Part shown: piece by piece, positions 13,141 to 25,349 of the stretch
Numbering within the stretch: position 1 is the stretch's first letter
How the letters are laid out: each line of letters opens with the position of its first letter
Assembly (NCBI GenBank): GCA_022813965.1
Contig: JALDZS010000002.1
Span: forward strand, 248,001 to 312,000
DNA from: Toensbergia leucococca
Lineage: Eukaryota
DNA: 64,000 nucleotides
Direction of reading: 5' to 3'
The notes under the pieces: model-generated
Told to the model about the DNA's origin: nothing
The model's database searches: none
Seen by the model: the letters and a program-made list of their open reading frames with translations, nothing else
Program-made: the position numbers and the translations under genes

Positions 13141-15363
13141 GGATCAGGCTCTCGGAAGGCGAAGTAAATGAATGATTGTTCAAGATAGGTTTATAAGCGC
13201 TGAAGTCTGTCTGCTGTGGCATGGCACGGTAATAGAAAAGTCTAGATATCTTTCCTTGGTGGCCGAGGCTTGCGTTACTTGCTGGCGATTTGACTCGGTA
13301 GAGCTAGGATAATGTCGATCAGGCTCGTAGACTTTTTGACAAAGAGTGACTGCTTTTCGTTGGGCTGTTAAAAGGTACCATCTGCGGTTGACAGTAGCGA
13401 AGAGGGCGGGTGAAGGGTTTGGAGGATCTGAATGCATCATAAGAATACTGCAAATTCCTAATCATTTATGTCGATCGCACTTCCAGCGCACAATAGAATA
13501 TCAAATTGTTCCAAAGTACCTTAGCCTTACGGGAAAGAATATAGCCGTTGTCACACCCTCTCGGTCATACCACCACACCACGCCACGCCACGTCAGCCAC
13601 TACTCACCCGCTGCCGTCGATCAACCCTATGCACACTTCATGCACTCCCCTCGTCAGACCAAGGCACAGCAAGTAGCTACTCACTCTAGCCATCTTGTTG
13701 AATCTAAAAACAAATAAAGTGCATGCACATAGTCACATTATCGTATTATGCATTCTGCAATCGACAAAGTCAAAACCCACTGCCGATTCCTCGGAAGATT
13801 AAAAGAGTTGTACGATGAGAGAGTTCAACGTCCCATTCATTTCAGAAGCAGAACATTGAGAGGCAAATAAAAGTCGTGAATAGTAGTATTCCAGTAGAAG
13901 AGATATATGGATAAGGATAAGGATCTAAGATAAAACCAAAAATAAATCGATAAAGAGCTGGTGAAGTAGGGAGGTAGCTTTTTCGTTTCTGGCCAAGTGT
14001 TGACGTCGTGTATTCTAGAATATCTAAGGCCCCCTGAATCTTGGACGAGGACTTTTCAACCTGTTCCGGCACAAAACTGCTTGATAGAATATCGTGACAG
14101 TCATGACAGACGTCAGGATGATCATCCTGAATTGGGTAGAGTAGTGAGCGAATGGGAGAACAGCGCACATCTCCGCGACTCGTAAAGTGCATCGATCCAG
14201 ACCCACTCACCTGATCTCATCACCGACATGGTCAACGTCAACCCCTCGTCTCTGATCTGATCAACGGCTTTCCTCGAGGCTAGAGCACGCTTTGAAGTAC
14301 CGCGTACATACTCTATGCGCAGTGAAGCCGGTATTCAGCAGTTCATGCGTCGTTTCCTCACGGTACATGTATGCAAGCTGCTCGATGACTGCATGCGAAA
14401 GAAGCGAACTCTCTATTCTAGAATACCTGCCTGAGCCTTCTCCAAAACTCTCATGAAATCAATCAGGCTTTGAGGCATATCTTGAACGACCCGATGACTA
14501 CCGACGAGCACTGCTACTTCTCGACTATGACTGTGAGGAATATAAGATTTTGGGATGAACCTTGTATGTGATTCGAGATGCGGATGTTGATTGTACGCAT
14601 CCGATTCGTTTGAAGAAACAGGGGACTGCAAATCTGCAATCGTGATTTGTAAGACGGTAGGTAGTAATGCCAATGGCAGCACCAGTAGCACCTTGCCCAA
14701 GTTGCCTTTGCAGCAGGGGAAATTAAAATTGTGATAACGAGTTAATCAAAGTCACCGCTCAGGTCACACTGGAAGACTCTCAAGCGTGGAACGAGTGTAT
14801 TTAATTAGATACTACTGATTCAAAAACAATAAACCACCTGACCCCGCGTATGTGTATGATCGGGGTAAAAACCATCGGTTTTTCAACGCCTCTAGCCCTT
14901 GTAGAGAGAGTCACTCTGATACGCAAGAAAAGCCCAAGTCGTGCGGCTGCACAATTTCTAATACCAAAACAGCCAAGAAGTCAACTATGGAAAATCAGGT
15001 CCCGACGCCCCAAAGTCAAGTATTACTGATTATGAAAGCGATAGAACATTGGGCCTATGAATTATGAGATAAGCCTGGATGCCAGTGTAGTCTCTTTCGT
15101 CAAACGAGTAGAGAACGTCATTCTTTCCGAGCATGTAGGTGTCGCCATCTAAGTCATGATCGCATATCGTGAGAGCAAGATCGACGCTTCAGTGGATCCA
15201 TAGACCCAAGATTAGATAATAGTACAGATGGTCGAGTTACCGTGAGAAGTCTTGAGATCGTCGCAAGGCTTTCAAAGCAACCGCAATATCAAGTGCAGCT
15301 CGTGTGCATCGAATCAGTATAAGGACGTATCCTGAGACGCATCGAGGTCGTGAGAGTACACTG

Positions 15364-17577
15364 CTAAAAGTCGTCTGGTGTGGTATGCTGGAAGACGTAT
15401 TTTTTCGGCTGATGGGGTTCTTTAGGCACTTGTTGAGGAGGCTCAGGGAATGTAGTAATGTGAATTTCCATCTCCTTTGGAGGTGGTGACTGATTGGCGT
15501 ACGATGGTCGATAGGGCCCCATTGGTGGAGAATGATGCATGTACGGATGAGACTGAGTAGGGAAAACGCCGAAAGATTCGCCGCAGTTAAATGGGATACT
15601 CTGATACGATTGATGCATAGGATGCTGAGCGAGATTGTGGTATGTTTCTCGAGGTGCCGTATTGTAAGGAGCCTGCCAATAAGATGCTTCCGGAAAATGA
15701 GGCGAATGGTTTGGAAAGGTGGTCTGCTGTGGAGGAGCAGAATGAGGGACCGCGTGTGGCAAGGAAAACTGATGCATATAAGAGAACATGTTTGTAGTCA
15801 GCGGCGTAATTGGTGGCGAGGTGATATCCGGTCGCGCTTCGAAACTCGCCGATGTTGAGTAGTCGCGCCCTGGTGTCCAGCTGGGCACTGCGTCCTGCTC
15901 ACTAAACGGGGAGGTTGAGTTTCCCAGATGATGTTTCATGCCAAGTGGTGACAGTGGTGTGAGAGGAGCAGCAGACAGTTGAGCAGCGTCAAGATTATGT
16001 CTGGTAAGAACATTCGCGTTAGAGTAGGCACCAGCTTCCTCGAACGTTTGGAGATTCAGTGGAGATCGCTGTGCGGAACCTGTGCCTGATTTCTGGACCC
16101 GACCACTCACGACGTTGAGGTTATTACCCGTGGATCTTATACGACGAACAGACGAAGCAGGACTGAGTGACGATAGTTTTGGAGTCGGAGACATGGTTAA
16201 AGCACCCGCGTAGGAATGGCTGCGCTGTGTGCCCGACCCCAGTGCAGCAGGTCGAGGGCGCTTTCTCCGAGAAGCAATATCAATTCTAGGTGCAGCCAGC
16301 GTATCTCCAACCATTGAGCCAGTGCTAAGACTTCGCACCTCCGTTGCCATTTGCACAGGTACATCAACGATATTAGCTGCCGGTGTGTTTAGCACTGATT
16401 GATACAATTCCTGTTGAGATTGCTCTCGCTGAAGATGGACTGCACCAAAGTCAAAAGCCAAATCCGAGGAACCTGAAGAGCGCCGTGGGAAAGCACCGTC
16501 AAGCGGTTGTGTAATTGGCGGGCTTACGACTGGAGAAGTCTCCGTTTGCGAATCGTGACTCGAAGACCAGATTGATGCAGATGTTTGGCCGAAATTAGGT
16601 TCAACATGAAAACTTTCGACGGGATGTTGAGGTGCGAAAATGTCAGCGTCTCTAAGCTGCTGAGAAATATGTCCTTGCTGGTCGAAAAGCGATACAGACT
16701 CCTGCATCAGTGTGAACTGGTCGTTTTGGAGAGGACTTTCCCTCTCAACGGGTGGCATCCACGCGCTGGGTGAATCGCTGCTAATTCCCCACTCTAAATC
16801 AACCGAAGTTGGCATCCGACGATCTTCATCATTATTGTCCTTGGAGTGGCATGCGAGGTTTGTCTCATTGGTGAAGTTCCGGTGTGCCGCCCAGCGTCGT
16901 GCCATCTCCTCACCAGTTGCAAGATCGGCAGCATCAAGGTAATGATACTTTGGAGTCACGAGGTGCTGTGCCCCTTGTGTAGATGCGGTATATTTATCAG
17001 CAGCCTGAACTACCTGCTCATCTGTAGAGGCCAGAATAGCAGGCTGATAGTGCAACGGGTGTGAATAGCTTTGGGCAGAGAAGCCCAAGGTGTCCCAGCT
17101 TGCAGGAGAAGAGTCGACGGGCAGCACTTCGAGTCTCTCCCCTTGCGGTTTTTGATGTCGAGCTTTGGCTCGGCGATTCTGATACCAATTCTGCGGTACA
17201 TTGTCAGCTTCAATGAGTGAGCGAGTATCCCACTTGCCACATACATTTACGCGCTGCAAAGAAAGACCGATGCGAGCAGCGAGCCGTCTTTTAAATTCTG
17301 TACCTGGCTTTGACTCGTCTTTGAATTGTTCCTCCAGGATATTGATCTGCTCTTGCGTCAGACGTGGTCGACTGGACGTATCTAATTCCTCCACCTCATC
17401 CACAGGAAGCTGGAAGTGAGATTCGTTTTGGTTATGGAGAGTATGCCTGGTCAAACTCTCGGTGCTGACATTGTGGGTTTCCGGGGCGTACCAGGCAAAC
17501 AATTCAGGTGGGGCCTGGTTGGCAATGTTGATATAGGGGTTGGCGTCGTTCAGAGGGTAGTACTGGGCAGTTTCCAT
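15364..17577 (-). CDS. hbxA: Homeodomain transcription factor, HbxA/Hbx1/Htf1 family
   Basis: SRPRLTQEQINILEEQF..KP....KRRLAA..GLSLQRVN|NWYQNRRAKARHQK after removing the 54-nt intron 17191-17244; family motif IASRRKRPRPAALG. Confidence 0.8.
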   Translation of the reverse strand: METAQYYPLNDANPYINIANQAPPELFAWYAPETHNVSTESLTRHTLHNQNESHFQLPVDEVEELDTSSRPRLTQEQINILEEQFKDESKPGTEFKRRLAARIGLSLQRVNVCGKWDTRSLIEADNVPQNWYQNRRAKARHQKPQGERLEVLPVDSSPASWDTLGFSAQSYSHPLHYQPAILASTDEQVVQAADKYTASTQGAQHLVTPKYHYLDAADLATGEEMARRWAAHRNFTNETNLACHSKDNNDEDRRMPTSVDLEWGISSDSPSAWMPPVERESPLQNDQFTLMQESVSLFDQQGHISQQLRDADIFAPQHPVESFHVEPNFGQTSASIWSSSHDSQTETSPVVSPPITQPLDGAFPRRSSGSSDLAFDFGAVHLQREQSQQELYQSVLNTPAANIVDVPVQMATEVRSLSTGSMVGDTLAAPRIDIASRRKRPRPAALGSGTQRSHSYAGALTMSPTPKLSSLSPASSVRRIRSTGNNLNVVSGRVQKSGTGSAQRSPLNLQTFEEAGAYSNANVLTRHNLDAAQLSAAPLTPLSPLGMKHHLGNSTSPFSEQDAVPSWTPGRDYSTSASFEARPDITSPPITPLTTNMFSYMHQFSLPHAVPHSAPPQQTTFPNHSPHFPEASYWQAPYNTAPRETYHNLAQHPMHQSYQSIPFNCGESFGVFPTQSHPYMHHSPPMGPYRPSYANQSPPPKEMEIHITTFPEPPQQVPKEPHQPKKYVFQHTTPDDF

Positions 17578-18629
17578 TATGACTATAGCATTAGCTCAAA
17601 GGGAGCGAGGCGGTCAATGGACAAATTATATATTCTGCAGGTTACCGGCGGCGTGTACTCGGTGAGGGTGAAAGAGAGTATAGAAGCTTCAGTAATAATC
17701 AATTGATGAGCCAAAGGGCACGAACGAATGTGAGGCAGCTGCGGAGGAACGAAGGTCGAGGCTGAACGATGAGAAATAAATTGGCTCGAAGACGGTGGAG
17801 GTGACGGGGGATCGGGCGGCTTTAGAAGAGATGCTAGTGTGCTGGTAAATGCCGGTAGCTAGTGGAAGGAGTGTGGATGGGGGGTGTGGCTCCTGTGAGC
17901 TAATGAATTGACGGATTTACAAGGAGCAGACAGCGGGTGGGTGATGTGGAGGTGCTTTCGGAGGTGGTGAGTAGACATTGTTCTTGTATTCAGTGGTCAG
18001 TGGTGTACCAGGCGCCGAGGAATAGCGAGCCAAGCAGTTGAGCTGCAGCTTGGGGAGGGACAGGAAGAGAGTCCGGAAGCCCAACGAGCAAGCGAGAGCC
18101 TGTATTGCTCGAATTCCTTGCCAAGGCCGAAAACTTGTAGGGTAGCCCTGTCGCTCTCTTTAGCGTTTGCGCTTTGCCCATTGCCCACTCAGGTAAGGAC
18201 TAGAATAGTCTACCACTGAACAATACATGTAAATCCTACTCCATACGCAGAATAATGCTGTGCTGAGAATGGTACGAGACGCAACAATCAATCATCATGA
18301 CAATAAGATACGAGCATGCGCCTGTGCCACCCTTCAAGCCTTCAACCATTGGCACATGCTGCATCGTGCCACTCTACACATTCTGCACGCCCTTCCTGTC
18401 CTGCCAAACATATCGCAGGTGGGGTGCAATCTACCTTTTTCACGTCATCTAGGACTAGAAAGTGCCGACACCGATGAGACTCCCCCCCTGGCCCTGACAT
18501 TAGTTCTCCCGGGTCATAATTGGCTTTGCTTCCGGATGATCTCCACTTTCTGTTATCTTCGAGATGGCTTCACTGGATTGTTCAGGCAAATTAACATCAC
18601 CATCGTCTAAATTGGTCTCGCTGAGCGCG

Positions 18630-18690
18630 CTTGTGCTTGTGCCTGTGCCTAACTGCCTGTGTCTGTGCTTGTGTCTGTAGCTGTACTGTC
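18630..18690. repeat. Degenerate hexamer microsatellite (YYTGTG)n upstream of the homeobox gene
   Basis: cttgtg cttgtg cctgtg cctaactg cctgtg tctgtg cttgtg tctgta…. Confidence 0.6.
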
Positions 18691-19734
18691 ATGTCTTGCC
18701 ATGCGATGCGATGGGCGCATACATGTATATTGGCGACTCAAGGCCGTGGACCATGGTGACGCGTGTCTTCATCTCGTTTCCTCGATGGAATTCTCCTGCA
18801 CCCTGGCCCCTCCCACGTGGTGAGGGATGAGAATAGATGCACCCCTGAGTACATCATTTGTCAAGGTGGTGGCAATCTGTCACCTCGCTTGCGCGACAGG
18901 CAGCATCCGCTTTACGGCTTATCCATTCTATCCAGGTTACCCCGACCCTCCCCCGGACCCTGCTTTCCAATCCATCAATTCCAGCGGAGAATTCAGGTGC
19001 AGACATGCTCTCCGCATCGCTTGCATAATGTAAATACGAGGTCGAGACTCTTCTTTCGCGTGTCACTTCAGCAGCACTTTGGTGCGCCTATTTGCATCAG
19101 TCAGCCTCATGCAGCAGTAATCTGGACTTGAGCTGTAGGCCGTGCAACTGGCTGGGAAGACGGTCCGTCCGACCTAACTTGAATTACCGGGAGCGCCCCT
19201 ATCCGTTCAATTTACCGTTCAGTCTTGCCTCTTTGAGCAGCGCTGATCAGATCGAGTAACACACTATTTCAAAACTGACCAGTCAGCGTCCAGTTGAGCA
19301 GCCCGATGTGACTAGACCGTGCTGCTTATCCATGCGCTAGGCCTGATCGAGCCGACGATAATCGCATAACCTCAGCTGCGCAGCTAAAACAGCCACATGA
19401 TAGCGTGCAGGCCGTGGACTCGTTGTCACTACCTTGGGCTCGAACTTTGAAGCTGGCTACAGGTCAACCGTCAAACGTTGTTCAAAGACACACACCTCGC
19501 CTTCCTCGTGTCTCAGAATAGTTTGCGGGAAAAGATCTTCGACTGCCAAGATAAACAGCGCATAGATGTAACGAGGCCCAGGATTGGCATGGATTGCTGA
19601 AGCAAGGGTAACATGACACCTTTGTGCGCTTTTCCTACTAGAATCCCTTTCTTCTATCGTGCACTCTAAAACCCAATTCTACGGAAATCTACCATCCGTC
19701 CTGGCCCATTACATCGCTAGCGATCTTCTTGACT

Positions 19735-20552
19735 TCATTCCATTGGATTAGATATTTCTATACTAACATATCCTGACTTGGGGTCCCTGCTCACGAGTTT
19801 AAGGCTCCGAAGATCTTTCAAAATCCAATCTGCTCCGGCTTCCTGCAATTGGCGTACGTGGTGGGTCGTTGCTAAACCAATGACTTTACACCCTGCAGAC
19901 TTGCCAGCACGGATCCCAGCTGGCGCATCTTCGATGACAAGAGCGACGGCATCGGGGTCCAGATGCAGGCGATCTTTTGCAAGCAGATAACAGGCCGGAT
20001 CTGGTTTTCCCGCATTCACATCTTCTGCAACCACCAGATTCTTGGGATTCGTAAGCTTCAAGACTTTTAGCCAGCCATGTACAAGTGGCCGAGTTCCAGA
20101 TGTAACGATAGCCCAGGGGGCGTTAGCTGCTTCAAGAGTTGCAAGCAACTCCCTTGCGCCGAGGATCTCGACAGCGTCTGCTCCAAATTCCTCGGGGATC
20201 AAGCCTTCGATGTAGCTTACATCTTGCTCAGTCTCAGCTACGTAATCGATGGATGATTGCTTCTGCAGAGATGCACTGACACTCCCAATTTGCTTTGCTT
20301 GGATCGTACAGTTGAAGAGTATCGATTGACCTTCTGCCATGAGAGGTTGCCAGGACTACATTTGGATCCACGCCCAGTTCCTTGCCCAGTCTAGAAGGCA
20401 TGAGAGACAATGGTACAAGGCGGGAGAGGTCGTAGAACTTACTTATGCCAATGCTTTACTATTGCATCGGTTGAGTCGACGATGGTTCCGTCCATATCAA
20501 ATAGCAGTCCAGCAAAGGTGTGAGTTTCCGTGGGACCTGTAAAAGATGCCAT
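19735..20552 (-). CDS. GPP1: HAD-superfamily phosphatase, glycerol-3-phosphate/2-deoxyglucose-6-phosphate phosphatase type
   Basis: MASFTGPTETHTFAGLLFDMDGTIVDST (HAD motif I), IVTSGT (II), GKPDP (III), VIEDAPAGIRAG (IV); two introns. Confidence 0.82.
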
Positions 20553-21974
20553 CTTGTCCAATTGGTCCAATTGAGGCATAAAGAGATGGATTTTCGGTCA
20601 AGCTAAATGTGAGTAGATAGTAAGAAGTGAAAGTAATATGAGACAAGAGCGAGGAAGAAGGTTTCATTGATAAGTCGCTAGGAAGCGAGCCTCCCACCAC
20701 TCCCACCACTGCCACCGCTCCCACCTTAATTGTCCTCGCCAACGTTCCTCGAAAGGGAAAGCGTCACTCGTCAAAATATTGATGTCTTCACAGCTCTATG
20801 GCAATGGAAGTACTCGTAAATCCACAATAGACATCTTGTGCAAGCAGAAGCATCACCTGCCCACATTTCAGGGTAAACAGAAAGCTTTAGTTGTTTGATG
20901 TTATGGGGCCAAAGCGAAATGAGATGGCCCCATTATGTTCTGATTCATGGACCTCTTTCTTTGAATACAAGTCGAAAGTAAGGAACTTCGTATTGTTCAT
21001 CGAGATGTGTACCCCGAGGAGAATCAGATGTGCTATCTAGGTACCTAGTCCCGGTATCGTTACCTTACCTTTCGATCATATCAAACCCGCGCAGCAGACA
21101 CTTTCAGAATTATCTTGTTTGAAAGCCAGCTCGAAAAAGCAGCAGATGTAACTCGTTTCTAAAGGCATAAGAATCGCCCACGCCCATCGCCAGTGAGCCT
21201 ATCAAAACAGTAGAAATCACCTGAATTCGACATGTCAATAAAGTCACCTAGGACAACGACGAAAAAGCGCAGTCTATTCACTCTACCTTCCTCCAAAGTA
21301 GACTAACTCATCAGAAACGACCAACAGTTTACTTAGCAAAGGAATGTCAGAGTAGTACAGCTATCGAAGCTAAGAGTCTACAGGGACAAGTAAGTCGCAG
21401 CAGAGACGCCGTGTAAGAAGACGATGAAAAAGGGGAAAATCCGACTTTATCCAATACATTGAGGGAAAAATTAAACAATTTGAATACACTTAACTCCACT
21501 TATCTCAACGCACTTCATTCGTCTTTGATGAGTTGTTCTGCAATTTTCGAGACAGAATTGAGACCAAGGCCAAAAAACATAAGCACTTGTGCTTGGTTGC
21601 GATTCACAAGGAAGTATCAACATCAATCGTCCCTTCTACTAACAGAATACCACCCTCAATAAAAACAAACCTCACTTCAAATCGTCTCCTCAACCCAATC
21701 ACTCGCTCCCAAGACACCCTCAGAACAACTACGTGTCATTCAATCCGCCTATCCACAGACCGGTTTATTCATATAAAAAGCCTTTTTTTACCTACCAACC
21801 ACATTTCTCACAACACACCCCCGCACACCACCTCGCCAGCACTCCATCCTTCCTAAATTGCACCTCCCCGCCATCCTCCCCCCAGATCCAACCCACCAAC
21901 CAATTCGCACACCCCCCTCCCCCGCTTCCCTACATCATCCCCTCCCAGCCAATCCTCCCAGCACCACCCCCAAA

Positions 21975-22256
21975 ATGGACTGCAGCCACCACTGCGGTCA
22001 CGGCGGCTACGGCGGCATCGACACCACCCCCAACTACCACTACACCGACTCCCCACACATCCCCCGCTCCCACCACATCAGAATATCCCGCCGTCCTAAA
22101 TCCAACTTCACCAGCGTCTCCGACAAACTAGGAGGTCGGAATCCGCTGAGCAGGGCTGTACTGCGGATATTTTCGTGGTCGAGGAATAGTGCTGCGGGGG
22201 CTTTGCCAAGGGGTAGTGGGTATAAGGTAGTGGACAGGAGGTGGTGGGGAGGATGA
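21975..22256 (+). CDS. Putative 93-aa His/Gly-rich microprotein (orphan)
   Basis: ATG in CAAAATGG context, TATAAAA at 21772-21778; MDCSHHCGHGG…RNPLSRAVLRIFSWSR…; may be a composition artefact. Confidence 0.35.
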   Translation: MDCSHHCGHGGYGGIDTTPNYHYTDSPHIPRSHHIRISRRPKSNFTSVSDKLGGRNPLSRAVLRIFSWSRNSAAGALPRGSGYKVVDRRWWGG

Positions 22257-22823
22257 TTGGTTTCGGGCCTGGTTTGGGGAGGTGGGGATGGTGGTGTGGA
22301 GCTGTTGTTGAGCAGGTGTTTGCCAGTGGGTGGTCTGTTAGTGGATCGGTAGGGCAGAGGATTGAAGGAGTGAGCAGCCGGGTTGGTAGATTGATGAGAA
22401 AAATGCGAGTGGTTGCCTTGAGCGGACGAGTCTTTTGTTAAAATACTGTGTGGGTGCTGAAAGCAGCAGAATCAGCCAGTCGTTCCTTCCACGACTAACA
22501 TACCACACTCTAGAAAAGAAAGAGCGCGTCAAGACTTTTTTTCCCGTCGCCTGAAGCACCCGTTCTCAAGACACCAAACCACAGCACCGTGTTCTATACT
22601 CCCAAGTCACATATTCGACCTATCCAAATTCGATCAAGTATTGCTATTCCTCGCCGATACCCAGGTCTCCATATCCTATACCACAAAAAGTATCAAAGCA
22701 AGTCACCAACCTCACTCACCTCTCCAAATATACCACAATCGTCCTCCAACTCACCACCAATTACCAGCTCCCCACCTAAGTCCAAAACACCGACACCGAC
22801 TCACACCCAACACCGACCACACC

Positions 22824-23087
22824 ATGCAAGCCTCCGTCTCCGTCTCCAACCCAACCCGCCACCACACCCCCCACCTCCCCCATATGTCCCGACACCACTA
22901 CAACCACCACCCGCACTTCCCAACCACAGCCAAAACCCACCTTCCGCCCGACACCCATCACCCGCATCTCCCGCATCTCCCGCACGTGCCTGCCCCGCTG
23001 CCGCGCAAGAAGAGGAGTAATCCGCTCAAGCATGCTGGACGGAAGGTTTATTCCAAGGTGAGGAGTCTTTGGCGGAGGAATACTTAG
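22824..23087 (+). CDS. Putative 87-aa His/Pro-rich microprotein (orphan)
   Basis: ATG in CACCATG context; 16 His, (HLP)n repeats, ends RKKRSNPLKHAGRKVYSKVRSLWRRNT; may be a composition artefact. Confidence 0.35.
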   Translation: MQASVSVSNPTRHHTPHLPHMSRHHYNHHPHFPTTAKTHLPPDTHHPHLPHLPHVPAPLPRKKRSNPLKHAGRKVYSKVRSLWRRNT

Positions 23088-24040
23088 GGGTCGGGCGGGT
23101 TGGATGAAGGGGTGACTCTGAAAGGAGATGAGAAGTTTTTTTTGGGGTGGAAAGAATGGGTGCTTGGGTGGGTGGGGATAGAGCAGATGCAGTGGTAGAG
23201 GTTGGAAGTTTTTTCTTTGACGTTGAAGGGGTTGGGTGGTGGTGTTTTGTGCCCTTGGGGGGAAAGTGGTAGAACAGAGCGGAGGACTGTTTGCTGGGAT
23301 GAGGGTGTACTTTCTTGTGAAGGACTTTGCTGTTGCTAGAACTTGTGTGTCGGAACGCCTTGTTGTAGGTGCGGTATTATTAAATACTCTACTTTTGAGG
23401 GTCAAGATGGTTGATGGGCCTGAAGACGGCGAGAATGTGAAGAAATATGTTCTGTGCGGCTGAGGCTGAAGGTCTCGTGGGGTTTCATGGGTGGAGATTC
23501 TGCGTGGAGATGCTGCGGATGGAACGGTCGATGCAAGTAGTGGGGAATTTGGGGGCTGGTGATGATTCGAAGGGGAGTTTGAAATAAGAGGGCGAAGGGG
23601 CACAACATGTTCATTGAAGATCTTGCTCGTCGCTGGAGTACATTGTTTGAGGCTCCCATAAGTTTGGACGAAATTTGATGACCCAGGAAAATACGAGCTG
23701 TGCTTGGGAGCATAGCTGATCTGCGTCTTTTGAGCGATATGTGGTTGGTATGCAGGAGAGAGGCGTTCTCTACAGCGATGTGCTTTGGGCGATAGCTTTG
23801 TAGGGTTTGCCCGTCGGAGCTTTTGAATAGATGTAAATAGCATTGTGAGTATTCAAGCATTGAATGCATTCTTGTGATACGAGTGGATCAATGCATCGGA
23901 TTTCCCGTCCGAAGCCCCTTTTTGCGCTCGTCTCAAAACATCTCCATGATTCAAAAGATATGGAAAAGATTTACGAGGTGAGCAATTGGCTCCTTGCCGA
24001 ACTCTACCAACGACATGTTTCCTCGCAATTTTACCTGCGT

Positions 24041-24580
24041 TCAAGAATGATTGCACTGATGATACCCTCCGCAAACATTCTTCGGGTCAGCCTCGCAATT
24101 CGACGCCGAGTCCTGACCGTATGGATCATCCGCATTCGTAGCGATGGCGCAAAACACGGTAGTCAAATTTTGAGGATGCACACTGAAAATCAGAATGTCC
24201 TGGCCGTCAGGAGGGTCGAAGGGACGTAGCAAAGCATCAATCGGGATGAAGAACTGGCCTTGACCGTTCTTTACTGCAGCCAGGCAGCCGTCGTCGAAGA
24301 AGATGGGGTAGTCGGTTTTTAGGTACTGGTCCTGCCATTGCGTAGCGTTGTTGGCACTCCAATACGCCCAGGCGAAATAGAGGGCGTTTTGGACTTCGGT
24401 TGAATTATAGATGTCGGAGGGTTCTGTTTTTCCTGTTGCGCATGTGATACCTACTGTAAGCGCTTCGGCTGCTTGTCTTGTCCAGAGGCTTCTTTTGAGT
24501 GGATGAAACACGCTTCCAGGAAAAGCAAGTGAATGTACAGCAAAGACTACTAGAAGAGAAATGATCCAAATCGTTGCCAT
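24041..24580 (-). CDS. Small secreted Cys-rich protein, fungal RNase T1/ribotoxin-like fold, apparently catalytically inactive
   Basis: Signal peptide MATIWIISLLVVFAVHSLA, KR site, 6 Cys; blocks ITC..YNSTEVQNA / DYPIFF / FFIPI / DGQDILIF / VFCAIATN / YHQC fall in the same order as T1 YTC..YSSSDVSTA / SYPHKY / YYEWPI / PGADRVVF / LAGVITH / FVEC. Confidence 0.72.
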   Translation of the reverse strand: MATIWIISLLVVFAVHSLAFPGSVFHPLKRSLWTRQAAEALTVGITCATGKTEPSDIYNSTEVQNALYFAWAYWSANNATQWQDQYLKTDYPIFFDDGCLAAVKNGQGQFFIPIDALLRPFDPPDGQDILIFSVHPQNLTTVFCAIATNADDPYGQDSASNCEADPKNVCGGYHQCNHS

Positions 24581-25349
24581 CTTAAGGGGAGACACTGCTG
24601 AATGGTCTCGTCAGGGTCTTATAGTTCGAGCACGAACATAGCACTGAGAACTCTGGCATTGACTGCCTATAAAGCTTTTGTATTAGCGATATAACCATGA
24701 TTTGAAAAGCCCAGGTTCGTTTCAACGTCAAGCGTCAGACCGAAATTGGACCGCCTCCCATCCACCATCATACTTTGGTGATAGTTCGAGTCTTGGAGAA
24801 GTAGCATCGTAAGTAATAGAAGGACGGCACAAACAGCTCATTCCAGACCGGTTCACTTCCAGCTGGGTCCACTGCCCCAAACTTCAACCAACAGGCAAAT
24901 GCGCACTAGACAGCCAAACAAAGAACACAGAAGAAAAGCTTGGAAAAGATCGCCTGAAGATCTTTAGGTTGTCATGATGCAATTTCAACTCTGGCTGCAC
25001 AAATCTGCAGATACATTGATATTGACTCGTTTTCACCTGTGGGCAGCCTTCTGAGCTGAGCCTACCTCACATGGACGGCAAGAGCAAAAACTTACAATCA
25101 AGGGCAACATTGGAAACTAAGGTGTCAAATGTACGGATAGTCGAAGAAGTAAAAAGAGGGATTCAGAGAGCGGAGAAAGACGGGAGTGGCGGGTCTCAGG
25201 GTCCGGGGGATCATCGGATCGGATGGAGGAGTGGAGCCGACGCACTAATTACATAATCTACACCCCACACTATCGGCAATTTTCATTGTCAATTATGCGT
25301 GAGCTTCATAATACAAATACGCAGAAGTAAGTATCGACGAGACGAGACA

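Noticed and set aside
14413..14700. ORF with a signal-peptide-like N-terminus
   Set aside because: Starts at TTG with no in-frame ATG or convincing upstream exon; no recognisable domain
22776..23843. 355-aa minus-strand ORF
   Set aside because: No ATG start, Pro/Ser/Thr-rich then Gly/Val-rich with no domain; explained by the local strand-skew composition
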